Notes under the pieces: model-generated
Told to the model about the DNA's origin: nothing
What the model saw: the letters and a program-made list of their open reading frames with translations, nothing else
Databases searched by the model: none
Source of the DNA: the human T2T-CHM13v2.0 reference genome, Homo sapiens
DNA length: 64,000 nucleotides
Reading direction: 5' to 3' (one strand)
NCBI RefSeq assembly: GCF_009914755.1
Contig: NC_060934.1
Shown: piece by piece, positions 1 to 18,010 of the stretch
Numbering within the stretch: position 1 is the first letter of the stretch
How the letters are laid out: each line of letters starts with the position of its first letter
Position numbers and translations under genes: made by a program

Positions 1-1554
<1,554 letters not shown>

Positions 1555-3400
1555 GCTCTCACATGGCAACTTTGCTGACCAGTACAGGGTGTTCTTGTCC
1601 AGGAGTCCATGGACCCTCAGGCAATCTAGCAAAATTTGGAGTCTGTGATGGGCTTGGAAATTTCAGTGAAGATTTGGGAGTGTCCTAACCCCAGCTATTT
1701 AAGAGCCTCTGCTTTAGATGGTGTGAGGGACCCAACAACCACATTCTATATAGCTGTCCTGGGCATGCTTGGTCTTCCCAGCAATGAATTTTCTGTGGTG
1801 TGGTCTCAGAGCTCACTTCACTCCACCCTGAGACTCTTGCACAGTGAAGTGCAAGGATGTGGCCAGGCCAATTGTCAGCAGTCAGCTCCTGGCCTGCCTA
1901 ACTCAATATAGAGCATGCGTCCACCGTGTGCTACTCTGCTGCCCAGAGTCATCAGGCTCATGAGCCAGATACAAATGCTGAGTCTGGGGCCTGCGTGCCC
2001 GAGAGGCCCTTTCCTGTCAGTTGGCCCAGGGAGCATCACACAGGGCACTCTTCTCCTCAGTCTCTCTCGCATCTCTCTGGCAGACAGGTGGTCATGATCG
2101 TCAGTGCTGTGGGGCCCTATTATTCCAGAGCAAATGCTGGAGCCAGACTTACCCTGTGGAAATGCACGAGGACGTGGGCTGTGGTGATGGGCACCCTCAG
2201 TCAGGCACCAGCTGTCCCGCATTCCTGGCTTCCACCTCTGGGGCAGCTCCCTGACATTCTCTGAAGTCTGTCCACTTCGTTTTCTGTTACATTTGCCCTT
2301 GTCAGGGGGAGCAGTGGGCTTTGGCCTGTTTACCTAAGCCCTCATGTGTGTGCTGCAGCCTGGCTTGGGACACATTTGGTCTCCATGTGAAGACCGAGAT
2401 TGCAACTTTCTGCGCTTGGAGCCCAAAAGGACAGGTGGGGCCTGAGGGACGGATGCCCCCATCCCAGGACAAGGAACTTCCCCCAGAAGAGCTGCTCATG
2501 GCACCCTGTAACTCCCAACTCCCATGGAGGGGCTGACAGGGGCTCCCTGCAAGCTGAGGCTCTGAGCACAGGGACACCTGGGGCCCCACATACCAGCCCC
2601 ATGAGAAATAGGGCCAAAGAGCCTCATTCCCCCTATGAGTGGCTGGTCACCCACACTTCAGGGCCTCATCCTGCGCTGATCTGCACCTGACATGCTGAGT
2701 CTTCCTTGGGCTTCATCCCCTGGAGTCATCCCCTATTCCTGGCTCCCATGCTGGTGGCCCTGCCTTCTCCCCCAGACACCCAAGGACTCTCCAGGCCATA
2801 CCTCAGTGACAGCAGCTTTGCCATCCCACTGGCCTCAATCCCAGAAAAACTTCAAGAGAGCAAGGCCCAGGATTTTAAAAGGGCTAAGACTAATGTTACA
2901 GAAAATGGACTGTAAGATAAGGAATTTTCACAAGTATTCTCCAATTTATGCAGAGAATGAAACAGAAATTGTGGAATTCAAAGTTGCAAAAAACAACACT
3001 AAGAAATAGTGGTTTAAGCAGATGATGCTTTCATGGATTCAGGGAAATGACTGCTATCCACAGAGTGTGCAGAGGAAGTGCCTGGTCCTGGTGGGTAGCA
3101 TGGCTGTGGCTCATCCAAGAGAATGAGACAGGGCTGGGCAAGCCTTATATGTGGAATTCACCAGAGTGAAGCTTGGCCAGTGATGCAAGGGAAGGACCAC
3201 AATGCTGAAGGTGTTAACTACCAATTTTTGCCACCATCAACCCTGATTCAAAGCATTTGCTGAAGAACCAGAGCAGACTGACAGTGAGATTTTGGGCCCC
3301 CGGGCCAGTCATCCCTACAAAATGAAATATTTCTCTAAGAACAGGACAAGGAGTCACCGTTTTCCCAAACCACAGACCATATCTTAATAGAACAACTTTT

Positions 3401-3642
3401 TAAAAAGTTTTTATTTTATTTTAAAGTTCCAGGATACATGTGCAGAATGTACCGTTTCATTACATAGGTATACATGGGCCATGGTGGTTTGTTGCACCTA
3501 TCAACCCATCGTCTAGGTTTTAAGCCCTGCCTGCATTAGGTATTTGTCCTAATGCTCTCCCTCCCCTTGACCCTGACCCCCTGACCCCCTGACAGGCCCC
3601 GGTGTGTGATGTTCCCCTCCCTGTGTCTATGTCTTCTCATTG
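3401..3642 (-). mobile_element. 5'-truncated L1PA 3' end with a 15-bp target-site duplication
   Basis: L1PA 3' UTR motifs (gatacatgtgcagaatg, cattaggtatttgtcctaatgctctccctcccc). TSD aatagaacaactttt at 3386-3400 and 3643-3657. Confidence 0.9.
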
Positions 3643-4638
3643 AATAGAACAACTTTTAAAAATGTGCAGCTGGAGCAGCCTTGAAGGGAATTGGTAAGCA
3701 GTGAGTGGAGAGTGATGTGTTTCAGGGAGGATTTGGACTGTCTGGCTTGCAGGTGACCCTCTTGTCCCACAGAGGCAGTCTGCCAGTAACTCATCAGGAA
3801 GCCCAGGTAGTCTTCCTCAGGCACTTCCATCATTCCTGGGATGGCAGAGATAAAAAGGGACTGGAAGAGATGGGGGCAGAGAACAGCCCTCACTGACAGC
3901 ACAGAGCCTCACCTCTCCACACAGTCTCTGTCTCCTCTCCTCCTCTGCCCACACGGTGACTCCCAGCCGCTAAGATTCCTGCTTTCAGCAATGCCCCTGA
4001 TAGCACACCAAATATCTGAGGAGTTCTCAAACACCAACTCTTCACTGCCCATTAGCACAATGAAGAAATTGAGGAAAATGTATATGTCCCTGAATGTTGC
4101 TAATGGTCTTAGGGCAAACTGCTACTTATTCTGCATTATGTATTTCTTAGTTAATTGGGGTTAGGATGTCATTTTTAATGCAATGATGTTAATGGTGTTT
4201 GTAAAATGAACGATGTGCAACCCCATGAAAAACTCTGTGCTTTTTGAAGGAGTAAAGGAAGCAAGGAGGAGTGATAAAAATTTTGATTGTTGAAGTGGCA
4301 TGGGGGCAGGTTGAACTTGTCCAAGACTGCTTCCCTGCAGGCCAGCCTCCTTAAATGCTTCATGAATGCTCTCCATCGCTGGGCATAAGGTCATCAAGGC
4401 TGAGTTCTAGTAGAAGAGATATTCTAGAGGTCTAGAATGTCTTATACAAACACACTTAGAGACACCTGTTCTAGTAGTCCACCATTGCCTCCACTCCTTA
4501 GGTCTTGAAGCAAAATCATATTCATTCATTCTACAAGTATCTACTCAAGATGTGATATTTGTCAGGTGAGTGATGAGCACAATGGTTGACAGGCAGAGAC
4601 AAACAATAATAAAAAAATGAGTAATAAAGGGTAATGAA

Positions 4639-4790
4639 GGCTGGGCATGGTGGCTCATGCTTGTAATCCCGGCACTTTGGGAGGCGGAGGCAGGTGGATC
4701 ACCTGAGGTCAGGAGTTCGGGACCAGTCTGGCCAACATGGTGAAACCCTGTCTTTACTAAACATACAAAAATTAGCTGGGTGTGGTGGCC
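4639..4790 (+). mobile_element. AluS left arm, right arm missing
   Basis: ggctgggcatggtggctcatgcttgtaatcccggcactttgggaggc...tacaaaaattagctgggtgtggtggc, then non-Alu sequence. Confidence 0.9.
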
Positions 4791-5189
4791 TCTGCTGAGC
4801 TCTCTTTTGTGTTTTAATGTAAGGTTAAGGAGCTCCTGGGCCTTTGGGGATTCTCAGCCAAACCAGGTCCCATCATCATGGCTTTCTCCCCTCTCTGCAC
4901 GGGCGGACAGATAATCTGCTGCTGCACACAGGACACGCAGAGCTCACCCCTGCTCACTCAGGCTTACCTCCTAGGATGACTCCTAGGCAGGCAGAAGTCG
5001 AGGCTGGCTTGCCACACTCACATTCTGGGACCAGGGACCTGCACCTGCCCTTGCTACACTCAACTGTCTCTCAGGCTGTCACCACTGCCCTCAGAAGAGC
5101 TCACACTGCTGGGGAGCCCAACTGTTTCTCAGGTTCTTGCCAAGAGGTGGCAAGAGAGTTTCCCCTACTTACCTGCCCACTGGGAACAA

Positions 5190-5400
5190 AACTTTATTTA
5201 CTTTTTATTGAGGTAAAACAGATTTAACAGAAACTACCATTTTCATCATTTTTGAGTGCAGGGTTTATTGGCGTTAAGTTTATTCACATTGTTTTCTCAC
5301 CATCACCGCCAATTCATCTCAAGAACTTTCTCATCATCCCAGTATCAGACTCTGAACCCATTAAACACCCAGCTCCCTGCTCCCCTTTTTCCAAGTCCCT
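5190..5400 (-). mobile_element. L1M 3' end fragment
   Basis: tttttattgaggtaaaacag...tattcacattgtt...catctcaagaactttctcatcatccc is the typical antisense L1MB 3' end. Confidence 0.65.
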
Positions 5401-5934
5401 TAATTTGAAGTGCAATGAGGAGACTATTTTTGAAATTAGAATGTTCACTTTTTGTTGACTTTCTCCATGAAAACCTTCCCTTGATTTAGTCAGAAGTCCC
5501 CACACCCTGGTTTCTGGGACAGATTCCCCCCAGGCCTCAGGAGACTGTGCCCCATCTGCTGATGATGCCATAATGGGACCCCAACAGGAAAACCAGGATA
5601 TCTAATGTGCAAGGGCGGGGTTTTCAGGGGAGAGGAGGGGGTTTCCCGAGAATTCTGGAAGCATGTCTGGAACTAGAGCCTTGCATGGGAAGTGCGGCAT
5701 TTTTCTATCAGTGAAGCACTGATAGAAAAAATGGGGAGACACCTTCTGAGGGGGCATCACAGGCAGGGGAGAGGAGAGGCAGACAAGCACTGGCTGCACT
5801 TATACTCAGGCCACTGAGCAGCGGAAACAGTCCAGAGTGTGTGGTGCCACTTTCCCATTGGGATGTTGTGCCTTTTCTTACCAATTTTTGAGAACTTTTG
5901 GAATATTATGGATAATATTAAGGATAATAATCCC

Positions 5935-7640
<1,706 letters not shown>

Positions 7641-7727
7641 TGGACATTGCTCCTGGAGGAAGGGGCTCAGTCCATTGAAGTTAAATTTAAGCTGCTCTCT
7701 CCTTATAAAAGCCAGAGGCCCCAAACC

Positions 7728-7731
<4 letters not shown>

Positions 7732-7766
<35 letters not shown>

Positions 7767-7782
7767 GTGTGTGTGTGTGTGT
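7732..7782. repeat. (TG)n microsatellite, interrupted
   Basis: Visible directly in the sequence. Confidence 0.97.
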
Positions 7783-8759
7783 TGGAGGAGGATGTGGGGC
7801 TGATGAGCCCAGTCAGAACCATAGTGTATTTGAGGCACTCCCCTGTGGACAGAAGAAGCCAGCATGTGTCATCATCAGCTGTGCCCTCCCTGGCTTGACT
7901 GTTCATCTGGCTGACCAAAGCCCCCAGCCAGGTCTCTATTCTTTGAACTGGCAGGATGCCCGCTGCTATTTCCAGGTGCCCCTCTTCCCCTTGCCTGTTT
8001 ACTTTGATGGGCTCTTCTCTGTCCTGATTGTAAATTAAAACCTTATTCTTGTTGCTCTGCCTCTGTTCATGTGTCTATATATTTTATAATATATATCTTA
8101 CATATTTTAATTTTTAATTAAGTATTATATATATTAATTATATGTAACCTTAAAACTAGATATAAAGAATGTAGGCATGTAGATACCTTGCAACCATAAA
8201 ACCTAAAGAAACTTGCAGATCAACAAATGCAGAGACCTCATAAAATTCAAATGACAATATTAATATAATGGAACAAAGGCAGAACAGTCACTCCCCTCCG
8301 CTGTGAGGAAGTGGCGCCCCCTGTCCACATGCAGACTCTCCTGAGACCCGCCTGTTGGCAGTGTGCTTTGCAGTAACTGGCTGCTTCCACCACTTGTCCC
8401 TATGTAAGTTACACAGAGGCTTCCTTTGCACATCCTGTAATGAAGCCTTTTGGCCTTCACTTGGTGAGAACACAATATTTCATATTAACTCCCTGTGCAT
8501 TCTTTTTTTTCTTTATTATTTCTCTATAACAAAGAAAATGTCATGCCCTGGCACCAAAGAAATGTTAAATAGATAAAAATATGGAAGCTCTCTGTTAAGT
8601 CGATCATCCAAATGAACCAAAATATGTTGATCTTGATCGGTCACTCCACATCTCCAGCAATATGACCCTGTAGGCACCTGATCTCCTCCATTAACATTTT
8701 ATTTACAAAATCAGGCTTCAGGCCAAAGCTGGCTATGGTTTGCTGACCCCTGTTCTAGT

Positions 8760-9135
8760 AGAAGAGACATTCAACAACTAATTACACAAATAACAACCAC
8801 TAAGTGCTATCAAGTAAAAGTACCCAATGCTTAAAACCCTCTAAGAGTAGAGATTGAACCTATGCAGGTAGATCAGATTGCCCTGAGGGAGTGGGTCTTA
8901 GATTAAACGTAGTTAATTAGTCAGGTGAGGGCAAGACTACTCCAGATGGAGGAAACAACCTGGGGAAAGGGTTGGGGCAGAAGACAGCCTGGCAAACCCA
9001 GTTTGAAAGAGGCTTATGGAGCGGGAGCAGGAAGAGTGAGGGCCAGGGCCTGTGAGCTCAGGCTGAAAACAGCAGGGAGGCCAGCCCCTGTGAGGTCCTG
9101 TGGGTCTTGTGAGGGAATTAGGTCTCTATTTAAAT
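8760..9135 (-). mobile_element. L2 fragment
   Basis: Degenerate antisense L2 3' pattern (gagacattcaacaactaattacacaaata...taagtgctat...ccctgagggagtgg). Confidence 0.55.
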
Positions 9136-10007
9136 ACAGAGACTGCGGCACAAGACAAGATGGAGTTGGAAGCCTCCTCTGTTCACCTCCAGACCCACCT
9201 TCTGTATCCTGTTTGTGTTCATTTTGGTTCTAGGCTTGCCCAGTGTCTTTACAAGTTTTCCTCCATGCAATTCCAAAATCTTCCAACAAAACAAAAAGGA
9301 AAGGAAATTTTGTCTGCACCTAGGCTATCCTATAGTGGAGGACCTAGAGGACTGGAGAGAGCTGTGTTCCTGCTTCTCCTTTCCTCTCTGATGCCCCCTT
9401 ATATGGAGTCTTAGCAAAGCTTTCTCTGTCCTCGATGTCAAAGGAGCCTTCAGAATATCACCTGGGCTCCTCCTCCTGTGTTACCATGCCTTCTGGGTCT
9501 CGCCCTGCCCGCCTCCGCACTCTGTCCTCACTGCCTCACTTCCACGCTCCCCTTGGGGACACTTGCACAGCTTGCTGCCCCGTGAATGCTCCATGTCCCC
9601 TTTTCAGTTCCAGGTTGTTCCTCTGCTGGAAGAGCATGTGCCTCGCCCGGCCCCTTTGTCTGGACACCTTCTTTTCTTTAAGAATCCACCCAGGAATGGC
9701 TCCTGATGCTTCCAGGTCTGCAGGAAGCCATCCCCGGCCCCTTCCTCATCCAGCCTGAGCGCTGTGCTCCCCTGCAGTGTCCACACAGTTCCCGGTATGA
9801 AAGACTGACATCCCAAACTACTGTTCACGTCAGCCTCCTGCACCGCACCCTGAGCTTGTGAGCTCTATGACAGCAAAGGGCTTATGTGAAGGGCGTTTGG
9901 CACTTTCCACATGAAGTTTAACCCATTTACCTTGTTAATTCCATTTGTTCCCACCTCTTAGGTACCTGCATATTTCTATCCTTCAGATTTCCTAGCACTG
10001 GGCCTTA

Positions 10008-10199
10008 TAGCAGCATTTCTTAAAATGGGGTCCCCAGTCCAACAGCATCAGCATCACATGGGAATTTGCTGGAAATGCAACTTCTGGAGTCCTCCTTGGA
10101 CCCCTGGGATCTAAAACTCTGGGGTTAGGTGCAGCGATCTGTGCTTTCATAACCCCTCCAGCTGACACTGAGGCCGGCTAACGTTTGAGAACCACGGCC
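10008..10199. mobile_element. MER5A (hAT-Charlie) DNA transposon remnant
   Basis: cagcatcagcatcacatgggaatttgctggaaatgca...tttgagaaccac. Confidence 0.8.
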
Positions 10200-10539
10200 T
10201 CCCAGGAAGTCACTGCTCATGAAATTGTTGATTCCCTGAGGACAGTAACTGGTTATTTTCAATCTGAAAAAGAAAAAGAGTAACTGAGGAAATGACAAAG
10301 AAAATTTTTACTTTAGAAAAAGAATTTTCCAACTTGATATTTCAAATACGTGACTTCCAAAGAAGGCCTAGCTTTGTACATTTAAAAACAAGGTTGATTC
10401 TGCCTGGCTCAGTCTACCCCACGTGTGGTTTTGCTGAAGGGCAGGTGTTTGGAAGAGATAACCTTACCAGGTGCTCTCCACTGCTCAGATTCTCTGCTTC
10501 TAGGATATTCTATGTAGCATAAAATAAATATAAGCTAGA

Positions 10540-10735
10540 GAGGAGGGCATGGTTGCTAGGGGAGTAAAAAGATGGTTTCTGTTTTGCAGGATGAAAGTAT
10601 TCATGGATGGATGGTGGTGTTGGTTCCATAAAAATGTGAATGTATTTAATGCCGCCAATCTGTGCAGTTCAAGATGGTTAAAATGATCAATTTTATGTTA
10701 TTTATGTTTTACCACACTTTGAAAATAAAAATAAA
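10540..10735 (+). mobile_element. L1MB 3' end
   Basis: gtttctgttttgcaggatgaaag...gtgaatgtatttaatgcc...atggttaaaatgatcaattttatgtta, followed by an A-rich tail. Confidence 0.75.
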
Positions 10736-12049
10736 GAGATAAAGCTGGCACCTAAAAATGTCCAGGTAACAATAAATCTGGCAGAGTGAAGTACAGGACT
10801 ACCCATTGTATTTAGAGCAGCCCAGCAAAGCAGAGGCCCCTAGAGAAATGGGGGATAAGAAAAGTGAAAGATTGTTATTTCCAAAATAACCACCTACAAA
10901 GTACAAAGTGGTCTTCCTAATGGGAAGAAGTGATTGTTCCTTGGCTCATTTTCTTTTTTTTCCTTTTTTTTTTTTTTTTTTAAGTTTTCAGTGTTTTTGT
11001 TCAGTTTGAATTCATATGTGGGAGGATGTCATAGTGTTTGCAGGCCTTTGGATTCTTGAGAACTTAATCAGGCCAAGCTGTTCATGAGGAGTGGGGTGCT
11101 CAAATTCATTCTTCCAACAAGGGGCTGTTGGGTACCACTATGGTGCCAGCCCTGTGCTGGCCACAGGTATGAAATGCCCAGTGAGGGCCACATCCTGGCT
11201 CACCTACCAGGCCACGGGCTGAGCTCCACAGTTGCCTGAGAAATTTGCTTTCAGGGGTAATTTGTAGAGATTGTAGCTGAGCTTTGGGTGACAACCTGAG
11301 GTGCGGTCAGACTTTATCATCACAACCAAAAGTCACATGCTGATGAGAGGCTCCAAACAACACCTGGAGCCCATGCCCCAGCAACTTCCAGATGTTGAGT
11401 TGGGACAGGGAACAGGCTTGTCTGCTCCAAATGAATACCCTGGCCAGAAAGAGTAAACCAGGGAGGCACTCTTGAAAGAGCATGTTAAGGAGCAGTGAGC
11501 CCCCTTCCACCTCCACCAGGAAATGTCCCCAGGACAGACAGCTGCCGACCTCTTTCTGGAAGCGCTGGGCCTCAGAAGATTGCTGGTTCCTGCCTACTTG
11601 CTCCCAAGGCATATTCTTGATCAGAAAGGAGGGAAGAAGTGCGTAGGCATGGGGAGGAGGGGCAGGGAAGAAGTCACAGGAATGCCCACAGCAGAGGTCT
11701 GTGGAGATGCTGGGCTATCCCTGGTGGCAACACTCTTGGGGCTGGCGCTGGGTGAGGATGGCCTCCAAAGCACCCTATGCTGTGACTCCAGCCCCCAGGA
11801 TCCTCCTCAGGGTACAGAGAAGGAGCTCAGGTGAGCTCTGGGTGGATGATACCGTCTTTTTCCATTGAAATAACAGAATTTTACAACTAAAGAGAACTTC
11901 CAGATGATTTGAGTCAACTGCACTCTTTTGGGGGCTGGAAGCAGAGATGAAAAGATTTAGACAAAATTACACAGTTCAATGATTAACAATTCAGACTAAG
12001 TGTCAGGCCATCTGACCACAACTGAGGCCCCCCGATACTACTCTACTAA

Positions 12050-12315
12050 GTGTATTATACTGTGGTGTGTATGTAGGTGTGTGTGCACATGTGTGTGAAT
12101 GTGTGTCAGGACTACATGTATATACATGCGTATTGTGTAAGGGTGTGAGTATGTGTGTATTTGGGCATCTGTACATAAGTGTATGTGTATAGGTGTGTTG
12201 TGTGCATACATGCTCATATGTGTAATGAGTTAGTGTGCATGTACCTATGTGTGTATTGAGCATGTGTGTAATTCTATGTGTTTGTGGGTGCACATATATG
12301 TGTATTTGTGTGTGC
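12050..12315. repeat. Degenerate (TG/TA)n low-complexity tract
   Basis: Visible directly; it also generates the His/Thr-rich pseudo-ORF 12003-12338. Confidence 0.9.
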
Positions 12316-12900
12316 TTAGTGAGCGCTTCGCTGGCCATAATGGCTTGTTTTTCTGGCCAAGAGACTTGATTCTCCCTGATTCAGCCGTGAGTGTGCATTT
12401 CCCAGGGTCAGGGTGACTAACCAGGACATCCAGAGAACTTTCTTCTTCTCTGCCCCACCCATCCTGCCTACTCCATTCTCGGGTGTCAGAGGCTGAGGCT
12501 CTGGCCCCAGTGTGAGCCCCACAGGAGGTCTTCAGAGCCCTCAGGTTGCCTCACAGCCAGCCTCCATGAGCATCTTTCTGTTTTCCAAGAGGGTGAGCCA
12601 GGGCTGCTCCTGTCAATGACAAGATGCTGGGACCTGGATTCACGTGCAAGGAGAAACCAGGCACTGGGGGCTGAGCGTCCAGCTGCTGCTGGGCTGGGAG
12701 TCAGCAACCTCTGTGCTTCCAGGGCTCACCCTCCCTGGCAATGGGCGGTGCCCCTTGGCTTTGCGGAAATTTGAGGCAATGAAAGTTTTTATTTCCTCTG
12801 GCTGTATTTTCTAGACATATTTTAACGTAGCTATAATCTTACAAAATGTTGAATTTTTTGTCCTGCTTTTAAAAAGATTTTAATTAGGTTAGATTATAAC

Positions 12901-13225
<325 letters not shown>

Positions 13226-13339
13226 TTAAAACTGTATTACTGGAGAAAAGAGACCAAATCTCCTCATAATACTTTTTTTGTTAATTTATTTAATAATAAA
13301 GATGAACATAAACACCTGTGCAATTCAGTGTTTAAAGTT

Positions 13340-13685
13340 TGCCAAGGTATATGTATATATTTTTCCCAACGTTGATGCTGTGAGAAGCCCAAGCCATGGA
13401 GAGGCCCCAGGCAGGTGCTCTGGTCAACAGCCCAAGCTAAATGCCCAGCCAACACCAGCATCTGCAACCAGCCCTGTGCGTGAGGCTTTGCAGATGTCTA
13501 GTCTCGTCAAGCCCTGCAGATGTCTAGTCCCATCAAGCCCTACAGATGTCTCCAGCACAGATAGAGCCTACAGCTGTCTCCCCGTGAAACCACACAGCCA
13601 AGTCCAGGCGAAAAAAGTGAAAGATGTTTCTACAAAGCCACTGAGTTTCTGGGTGGTTTGTTTTACAGTAATAGAGGAGAACCAG
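13340..13685 (+). mobile_element. MLT1 (MaLR) LTR fragment
   Basis: gtgagaagcccaagccatggagaggccc...aagccactgagtttctgggtggtttgttttacagtaatag. Confidence 0.7.
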
Positions 13686-15030
13686 AACGGTCTGTTCCTG
13701 CACTCTCCAGTGGTCCCCTATGTTCAAACACTCCGCTTAGCAAGCTTCATCACCCAACACCTGGACCTAATCACTCTGCAGGGTCTCTCACTGCAGTCAT
13801 TTCTCAGGGTTACTGACATGCTAGTCTCTGCTAAGATGCTCACCTCTTCACCTTCCCTTAGTGACTGGCTGCTCTGGTTGATATTGTCTTTCCCTTCCCC
13901 CCGGAAACCCTCCCTCATTACCTCCCTTTCCCTAACAGTTCCAGCTCCTTGAGGTCAGGGCCTGTCTCTTCCACCATGGTGATAACCTGCATATGTTGGG
14001 TGCTGCATAAATTCTAACTGTATCAAATCTAGGACCCAACCTGCACAGTTAAGGGATTTACCTTGGGAATCTTCCCAATCTTCTTGCTAACATGGGCTAC
14101 TTTTATTATAAAATTTCACAGTTGCCATTTTTGTCATTTTATGTCGAAAAGATGGTTTTAGCAACGACTAGGGAAGGGCACGTAAGAGTCCAGCATGGCA
14201 CATGATCCAGTTCAGATGAACTTAAATGGAGCCTGCTGGAGGCTTTGTGGGATGAGACCCCATTGTCCTCCTAGTTTTCTTCCTGAAAGATTATGGAGTC
14301 TATTCACTAAACACTTCTAACTATCTTTTATATTTTTTTTCAGTGGGAACATGAGACTTTTGAAAAAACACAGGTGATTAAACTATGTGCTCTTTTAGCC
14401 AATACAATGTGGGAAGTTTTTCTGTTGGTTAAAATAATTCAGGTGCTTACAGGTAGCTTGGTGTGAATGTGGCCACAGACTCAAAGTTTGGGTCCTTTTA
14501 TCTGTCTTCCACCTTCCAAGGCCAGCATACCATTCCTGAAGCCCAGCCTCACACCCTGGAGTTTATCCCTCATCCCTTGAGGACCCAAAGACAAACAGCC
14601 TTGCCAACGCACTAGTGCCTTGTCTCACCTCAACTGCAAAGTGGCCATGGGGTCTTCACCAGCAGCTGGGGAAGATGCTCCAGAAACTGGCCCTGATAGC
14701 TTTGCCCTGTAACTTGGCTGGGTTGCAAACATTGTGGGTGAGATAAACATGATCTCTAAGGCTCTTTTTCAGTATTGAAATTACATGTATGTCTGATCAC
14801 TTTAAAGAAAAATGTGAATTTTTTCTTTATTAAAACAATTTTCCTTTGTCCTTATAGATCGTTTGTCATATTTTGCTTCAATCAAGAGTTGGGTCAGACA
14901 CAACCACTGGGCAGCTGACATGAGATCTGCACATTTGTTACTAGAAGAGCCAGAAGGCCACCCACTGTTCCTCCTAGTGAACCACTGGTAGAGCAGGTAT
15001 GGCTTAGAGCCCAGTTTCATGCTTGACTAC

Positions 15031-15390
15031 TGATATGGTTTGGCTGTGTTCCACCCAAATCTCATCTTGAATTTTAACTCCCACAATTCCCACATGTTGT
15101 GGGAGGAACCTGATGGGAGGTAATTGAATCATGGGGGCAGGTCTTTCCCATGCTGTTCTCATAATAGTGAATAAGTCTCACGAGATCTGATGGTTTTATA
15201 AGGGGAAACCCCTTTCGCTTGACTCTCATTTTCTTCTCTTTTCTGCTGCCATGTGAGACATGCCTTTCACCTTCTGTCATGATTGTGAGGCCTCCCCAAC
15301 CACGTGGAACTGTGAGTCCATTAAATCTCTTTTATAAATTGCCCAGTCTTGGGTATGTCTTTATCAGCAGTGTGAAAACAGACTAATACA
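15031..15390 (+). mobile_element. THE1-family (MaLR) solo LTR
   Basis: Starts tgatatggtttggctgtg and ends cagactaataca (360 bp). 5-bp TSD actac at 15026-15030 and 15391-15395. Confidence 0.93.
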
Positions 15391-15454
15391 ACTACACAAA
15401 AAAGTCAGTGCATCAAAACAGAAAGAAGCCCCACCAGTATATTTGAAATTACAG

Positions 15455-15460
15455 TTTATT
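15455..15460 (-). terminator. AATAAA polyadenylation signal of the CTSL-like gene
   Basis: tttatt on the + strand, ~260 nt downstream of the natural stop at 15717. Confidence 0.7.
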
Positions 15461-17593
15461 TAAACAGGTAAAATTGTATATATCCTTTTAAAATGAAAAT
15501 ACAAAGTAAGTGAATCAATAATACAAACATGTTTATAGCAGTAATTAAAATACAGGTAACATTTACCAGTGTGAAAATATCAGAATTCCAATCACACTTG
15601 GATCTTCAATGATTGAAGTGCGCATTCCACACAGCAGGGGCTGGTAGATTGAAGATAAATTCCTCCTTTGGATGTGCCATCCTCAGTCAAGTTCTTCCTC
15701 ATCACCATCCATCAGCTCACACAGTGGGGTAGCTGGCTGCTGTGGCAATTCCACAGTTGTTCCTCTGGTCTTTGGCCATCTTTATGTAGCCATCCATGCC
15801 CCAGTTTTTACCCTAGCTGAAAGGAGAGCAGGTTTTCCATTTCAGAGGAAGGATAAAGCACATTGGGTTATTAACTTAAACAGTGTGCCAGAAGCCACAG
15901 TGTGCCAGAAGCCACAGGCTTAACATAAAGAATCAGGAGATGCTGATGTTCCTGTTCATCCCTTGTAAATTCTTGAGTCAAAACCTGCATATCCCTTCAA
16001 TCCCAGACCCAAAACTGTGACCTTTCACAGAACTGCAAAATCAGAAACAGAAAAAGGATAGGATGTCTTTCCAGCCGATATACTTCAGAATTAAGAAAAT
16101 GTTCAGAATTTAGACATGCAATGGGACAAATACCATATTAATATCCCCAGCATGCTTGTGACAGTATCTTGACGTTACAATCAATCATTAATATTCTGTG
16201 TTCTGCCTAAGGGGGAAAAAGACTTCTGGGATTTCAGAAATGTGATTAAGGGCTTGTGGTATGTAAATACTGATTGCAAAAAAGGATTCCCTTTTGAGTT
16301 TCAACTATAAGTCTTTCTGGCAATTTATACCTGTTCTTCACCAGCCAATATTTATTGTTATCTGAGTCTGCTCCTTCATAGCTGTAGCCAACCAGCAGCA
16401 TAGCATGATCCAGACCTTCGGGGTCACAGCGTGGCTCAAAATAAATTCCTGAGAGAATAAAATGAAGGCTGGGTGAGAAGTTCCCAAGGACACCTGACGG
16501 TAACCCACCCTGTCACCCACAGGGAGGGAGGCATCTCTAAAATCAGTGAAATGACACACAGTCCAGATTGGGCTTAACAAGATCTATTGTTATCAAGGCT
16601 AGGGAATTAGGCTCTCATCCACAACTAGCAGAAATAGAAATTAGCATAAGTCCCTCATAAAAAAACTTTCCTACAGGCATAAAAGACCACTCATTTTAAG
16701 CTTGTAATTCTACTCTAGAATATCAATCTTAAAAATAGCACAGAACACCAAAATCCTTGACTCAAAAGGCTCTTTTCAGATTTAATCACAGAAGTAAAAA
16801 TCTTTGGAAAAATTATAAGAATACAACAATTAGACAATATTTAAGTAAATTAAACTATACTATAAATAACATAGCTATTTATAAAAAGTTATGAAGTACA
16901 GGTATTCATGGAGATACGCTCAATGTAATATCAAATAGAAGCATTGGGTATGATTATTGCGTGTATAGAGTCCATCATGCTGGTGTGTCATGGTGGTTTA
17001 CTTTTTTTCTGCAATAATTTCTATGAAGAAAGATGCTTACCTTTTTTATAGAACTGGAAGGAGACATGGCTTGCACCAGCAGCAACAGAGATGGGCCCCA
17101 CAGTTGCCACTGCCTTCGCCAGGTCCTTCTCCTGTGAAGGGATGTCCACAAAGCCAGTGTCATTAGCAGCAGAATACTTGGGATTGTACCTACAGGTTTT
17201 AACCTTTTAAAGGTGAAGAGGGAGGCGACTTGATTACTACCATCCTTCTCCTGGGGAATGTGAGTCAGAACCACAACACTCAGCAGTTTGCAGCATAGAA
17301 TTTCCAAGTCAACACTGTTACACATCACCCAAGGAAGTGAAATGTTATTATTAATAGTTAATTTGAAACTGAAAATTAGCTCAGTTCTCTTCAGCGAGAC
17401 CCCTAGGTTTACTTTCCGTAAGACATTTTTCACAATGGAGACATCTGTATTATATGTAGAATGGTTTGTATATTCTCCATGTCACATAGAAGCAAGAACA
17501 GCTGCATGCTAACCATGTAATCACAGAACTGTGCAAAGGCTATAATTTATAATGACAACACTGTCACTTTGCAGATAGAGATTCCACCATCTA

Positions 17594-18010
<417 letters not shown>

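Noticed and set aside
13278-13952. 224-aa ORF
   Set aside because: It starts at TTG, runs through an MLT1 LTR and adjacent old repeat sequence, and has no recognisable domain or splice structure.
15881-15917. 17-bp tandem duplication cagtgtgccagaagcca x2
   Set aside because: An ordinary slippage duplication in intron 7 with no evident function.
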